In this document: positions 60,371 through 64,000 of the stretch, one piece after another
Layout: every line of letters starts with the position of its first letter
Numbering within the stretch: position 1 is the stretch's first letter
Assembly (NCBI GenBank): GCA_029717555.1
Contig: JAMDHS010000022.1
Location: 186,001 to 250,000 of the forward strand
Length of the DNA: 64,000 nucleotides
Source: Peribolospora baueri
Lineage: Eukaryota
Reading direction: 5' to 3'
The notes under the pieces: generated by a model
Databases searched by the model: none
Seen by the model: the letters and a program-made list of their open reading frames with translations, nothing else
What the model was told of the DNA's origin: nothing
Translations under genes and position numbers: made by a program

Positions 60371-63110
60371 TCATCGGTCGAACCTTGGCCACGGGGACAG
60401 GACATGACCGAGCGAGGCGAGGCGGGCGAGGCAAGAGCGACGAGGAAAATCGGTGTCAAGACACACGCTCCCAGAACGTCTCTTTTTGCCGCCCTCGGCG
60501 CACTCACCGGAACATCTCTAGTAAGCTCGAAGGCGTCCGCGGCGATACCTCGCCCTTCCGTAGCGCCGCCGTCCGCGTCGGCGTGGCCGCATTAGACACC
60601 GCAACCGCAAGAGGCATCTTCGAACCACCACCACCGGAGCCGTGCGCCCTTCGGACTCGCCCAGAATCCGCCGTTGGCGACGGCGTGCCCACCGCTCCCA
60701 GCCCGCGCCCCGCTGGCGACCGCTCCGACGACCGGGGCTCTGTCCCTGGCCCCGCGGCCATGAGGGCGGTTGCGTGAGCCCGTCGATACGCGTGCGACGC
60801 GGCCACCGTGAATGGGTTCGTTGTCACCGACGTCGAGGTCTGATCCGGGGCATGAAGCGGCCAGACATCAAGTGCCGGTATCCCGCGTCAACCTCAAAAG
60901 CGTGACGCGACCAGCTCTCTATATAAGGTGAAAAGCGCACCTTTTTGAAAGAGAACCTCTCCTCCCACGCAGCCGAGAACGTGTCCCGGTTCTCCTTCTC
61001 CTCTTCCTCCTCGTCCTTGGAAGCAGTGCGAGCGCGCTTCGTCGCCACGTCGGTCCGGAACAAACCCGAAGCCATCCTTTTGGAACCGGTCGTCGCAGGT
61101 TTCGCTGGCGCTGATGGTGCCGCTGAGGTCGGTGTCGTTGGCGTCTGTGGAGCGCTTGACGGACGCCAATCCATCGACTTCCTGATGCCTAACGAAATCC
61201 GAGAGTGGGTTGAACCTGGCGGCGTCCGCTCTTCAGGGGCGGTCGAACGACGCTGAATCGTCAGCTGTCCGCTGCCGAAGGAAAGCAACGTCTGGCCACC
61301 CGCTAGTGCTGGCGTCGGCCGCTTCTGCGGGACAGTTGAAGAGCGCTCAAGTTTCGATTGGCCGTTGCTAGGCGTAAGGAAAGGCCGGGGCGGGGATCGG
61401 GTCTTCGGCAACGACATCGGCAGGGTGGATGAAGGAAGCGAATGAGCGCACATCCACCCTGCCCCCCACTACGAGCCATGGTGTCAGAGGACTTACTGGA
61501 CTACCGCCGTCTCGCCGGGAGATATCTACCATGGGGAGCCGGGAAATGGGGTCGATCTCTCCCTTTGCGATGCCCCGCGCTACTTCCTTCGTCATTTCAC
61601 TGACCGACACGCAGCGTGGGTCAGTCCCTGCGTTTAGTGCAACTTTGGCACGCTGGAACGACTCACCCGCCTACGAAAGACATGTCGTCGTCGAATCCCT
61701 CTTCTGGCAAGGCGTTGAGGGTGACCAGCTCTCCGATGTCCGGGTCGAAGACGCGCTGGTATAGGAAGGTGAGCTCTGCGCGTCGGAAGCGCTCGAGGTA
61801 GTCCCTCGGCACCTTCATCTGTCCCTCGTACCGAATTTGCTGCACGACCTGCATCGACAGCCAGTGAACCATTTCTCAGCGGGTTTCGACTAGGCGCAAG
61901 TACCTGTGCACAACCTCGCCCTCACCTTCTCCACCGTCTTCCATTTTCTCAGCAGCTTGTGCGCCGTCTTCAGTCCCATCCCGACGATGGAGCCGAGATA
62001 ATCACAGCCAGACAGGATGGCCATCTGGCGAAACTCTCGTTCTGTCCAACCCACCATGGGCAGCTCGCGGACGGCAGCGAAACGGGACTGGAGGATCTCG
62101 ATGCAGTCGCCGTTCGAGTCGAGCTTGAAGAGGACCTGCGAGAGAAGCAGACACGGTGCAACCGTTCAGCGACGAGGTGACCGTACAAGCAAAGCGGGCG
62201 ATAGACACGCCCTTGGGATACGATAACGTACCTTCTTGCACCCGAGCACGAGCATGTCCGAATCCTCCGTGACGATTCCATCGATCATCCCCTTCTTCTC
62301 AAGATAGGCCAACTGGGCGTCCGCCTCGTACGGCGCGACGATGAAAGGGACGTCTTCCTGCTTCAGTGCCTGAAACACGGCGAATGGCATGCAAGTCTGA
62401 GTCAGGACGGTTTCCTGAATTCCCCCACGCGGTAAGGGAATGAGCCGGTTTACCTTGATGAGCTGATACGCCATCTCCGGCGTGATGTCGATGCACTTGG
62501 CGAAATACTCTCGCGCCTGGGAAGCCTTGCCTTGTGCGAGCAGGCTCTTCGCCTTTGCTAAGCTCTCGTCCCGCCGTCTAAAACGCCGTAACTATTAGCG
62601 CTCTGATAAGAGTCCAGAACGAAACATCTCTCCCTGACGGCACCCGTGCTCACCTTTGTCGCTCGTCTTCGGTGCCCTGCTTCGAAGGCAGCCGATCCCC
62701 GTCGAAGACCACGTACGGCTTGACTCCAAAGTACTTTAGCATGCGAATCCGGTGCATAGCATAATTGACGTACCTGGCGTGAATGAGGGGACAGGGAAGA
62801 AGACGTTTGAAATGGATGTAGAGACATCAAATGTCCATGCCAAGCCGAGCGCTAGTCGCTCACTTACTTGGACGTCGCCTCGCCCATCGCCAACTCCTTG
62901 GCGCACCCGCACGCGCCACGATGAAGCCAGACATACGCATCGATGCCCAGCGTTTGTCCCGCGTAGTCCTTGACGTGGACGGACGTCTGGAGGGGAGATA
63001 AATGTACGGTTTGAGACGCACGTCCTACCAGCTTGTCGCTCTGGACTGGGGAGACGCGTGTGACCCACCTGAATATCTTTCAAGAGGGGGAGGAGGCCCG
63101 AGATGCCCAT
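60371..63110 (-). CDS. EXO1: Exonuclease 1 (XPG/RAD2 family), multi-exon
   Basis: MGISGLLPLLK, GIDAYVWLHRG, PYVVFDG, IVAPYEADAQLAYL, VTEDSDMLV, MAILSGCDY, GMGLKTAHKL and FLYQRVFDP. The last exons are less certain. Confidence 0.92.
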
Positions 63111-63544
63111 TTCGGCCGGCGGTCGCTCCAGCTCCTCTTCATCGAGCTGAAGATGGTTAAGATGAAGGCCGCCCCGGTTGAAGATGGAATGTATGGCAGC
63201 AAGGCAGCCATCTGCGGCTCTCCTGCGCACATCCGCCCGCCTCTTCGATCTTCGCCCTTGTCAGGAATCGACGCGACAACGCGACGAGACGCGCACATTG
63301 TGACCACGTGGCTCATACCGACTTCTTCCCACGCTCACTCGTTGGCTCGCATGATCGCTGCTGGTCTCAAAGCGCGAATCCTCCATCCATCCTTCCTTCC
63401 TTCCATCCATTCATCCATCCATCCATCCTCCCGTCCTCCCGTCCTTCCGTCCTCGACATAGCGCCGGACTCCCTGTCATCTCATCTCCGACGAGCTCGTA
63501 CACCACTTTGCTCGTGACTTTAGGACAGGGTCAAGGCCGCCAAG

Positions 63545-64000
63545 ATGAAGCTCGTCAGGTGCGCTCTCCCAGCACGCCTGGATCCTACGAAAGGCGGTCC
63601 GAGTGCGCTGACGAATATTTGCTTTGGTTCCCGGACAGGTTTCTGATGAAGCTCAATTCCGAGTCGGTGACAATTGAGCTCAAGAATGGCACGATTGTTC
63701 ACGGCACGGTGACGGGTGAGTATTGCGCGCGCCTCGGTCGCTTCGTCGACGAACGCACCCGTCGGTAATGGGAGGGGACAGAGATCACATTTTTGAACGC
63801 GTAATTCCTTTCCCTTCCCTTTTGGAACGTGTTCTACGTCTGCTCGCCCATCAATGCCCTCCCTCTGAACACAGGCGTTGATCCGCAGATGAACACGCAT
63901 CTCAAAACGGTCAAGATGACGATGCGCAATCGGGACCCCGTCTCCCTTGATACGCTCTCCATTCGAGGCAATAACATCCGCTACTGGATCCTTCCCGACT
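63545..64000 (+). CDS. SMD1: Small nuclear ribonucleoprotein Sm D1 (truncated by the window end)
   Basis: [46 protein letters not shown]...[15 protein letters not shown]. Confidence 0.96.

Noticed and set aside
6159..63110. DNA-repair cluster (SLX1 and EXO1) or splicing cluster (U6 and SmD1)
   Set aside because: The pairs are more than 50 kb apart with unrelated genes between them, so coincidence is the simpler explanation.
1..64000. tRNA genes, rRNA, TPP riboswitch, intact transposase or reverse transcriptase
   Set aside because: The GTTCGA and CTGAGA hits I inspected lack cloverleaf or aptamer context, and no transposon protein motifs appear in the ORF track.

Overview
Gene-dense, GC-rich eukaryotic DNA from a fungus, very probably a basidiomycete. 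Support: short GT-AG introns with CTRAC-like branch points, a White Collar-1 without a GATA zinc finger, and a basidiomycete-type histone H3. I reconstructed about 24 protein-coding genes by eye. They are mitoribosomal bL36m, CCR4, SLX1, APC Cdc26, a complex I NUUM-like subunit, EMC2, PP1, a histidine acid phosphatase/phytase, AMP deaminase, MIX17/CHCHD2, an old yellow enzyme, histone H3, a ferric reductase, DTD1, DSD1, a CCCH zinc-finger protein, VPS16, WC-1, EXO1, SmD1 (partial) and several hypothetical proteins. There is also one U6 snRNA and many microsatellites. Four observations stand out. (1) D-aminoacyl-tRNA deacylase and a D-serine dehydratase-family gene sit head-to-head, a candidate D-amino-acid defence module. 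(2) A sharp GC trough at about 47.9-48.4 kb holds a decayed, CAA-rich reading frame suggestive of RIP-like hypermutation, and possibly lies near a centromere. (3) The WC-1 LOV domain reads GKGCRFLQ instead of NCRFLQ. (4) The U6 snRNA has an extra UUCG hairpin near its 3' end. All identifications rest on recognising motifs from memory, with no database search. CDS coordinates span the first to last coding base including introns, and splice sites are my inference.
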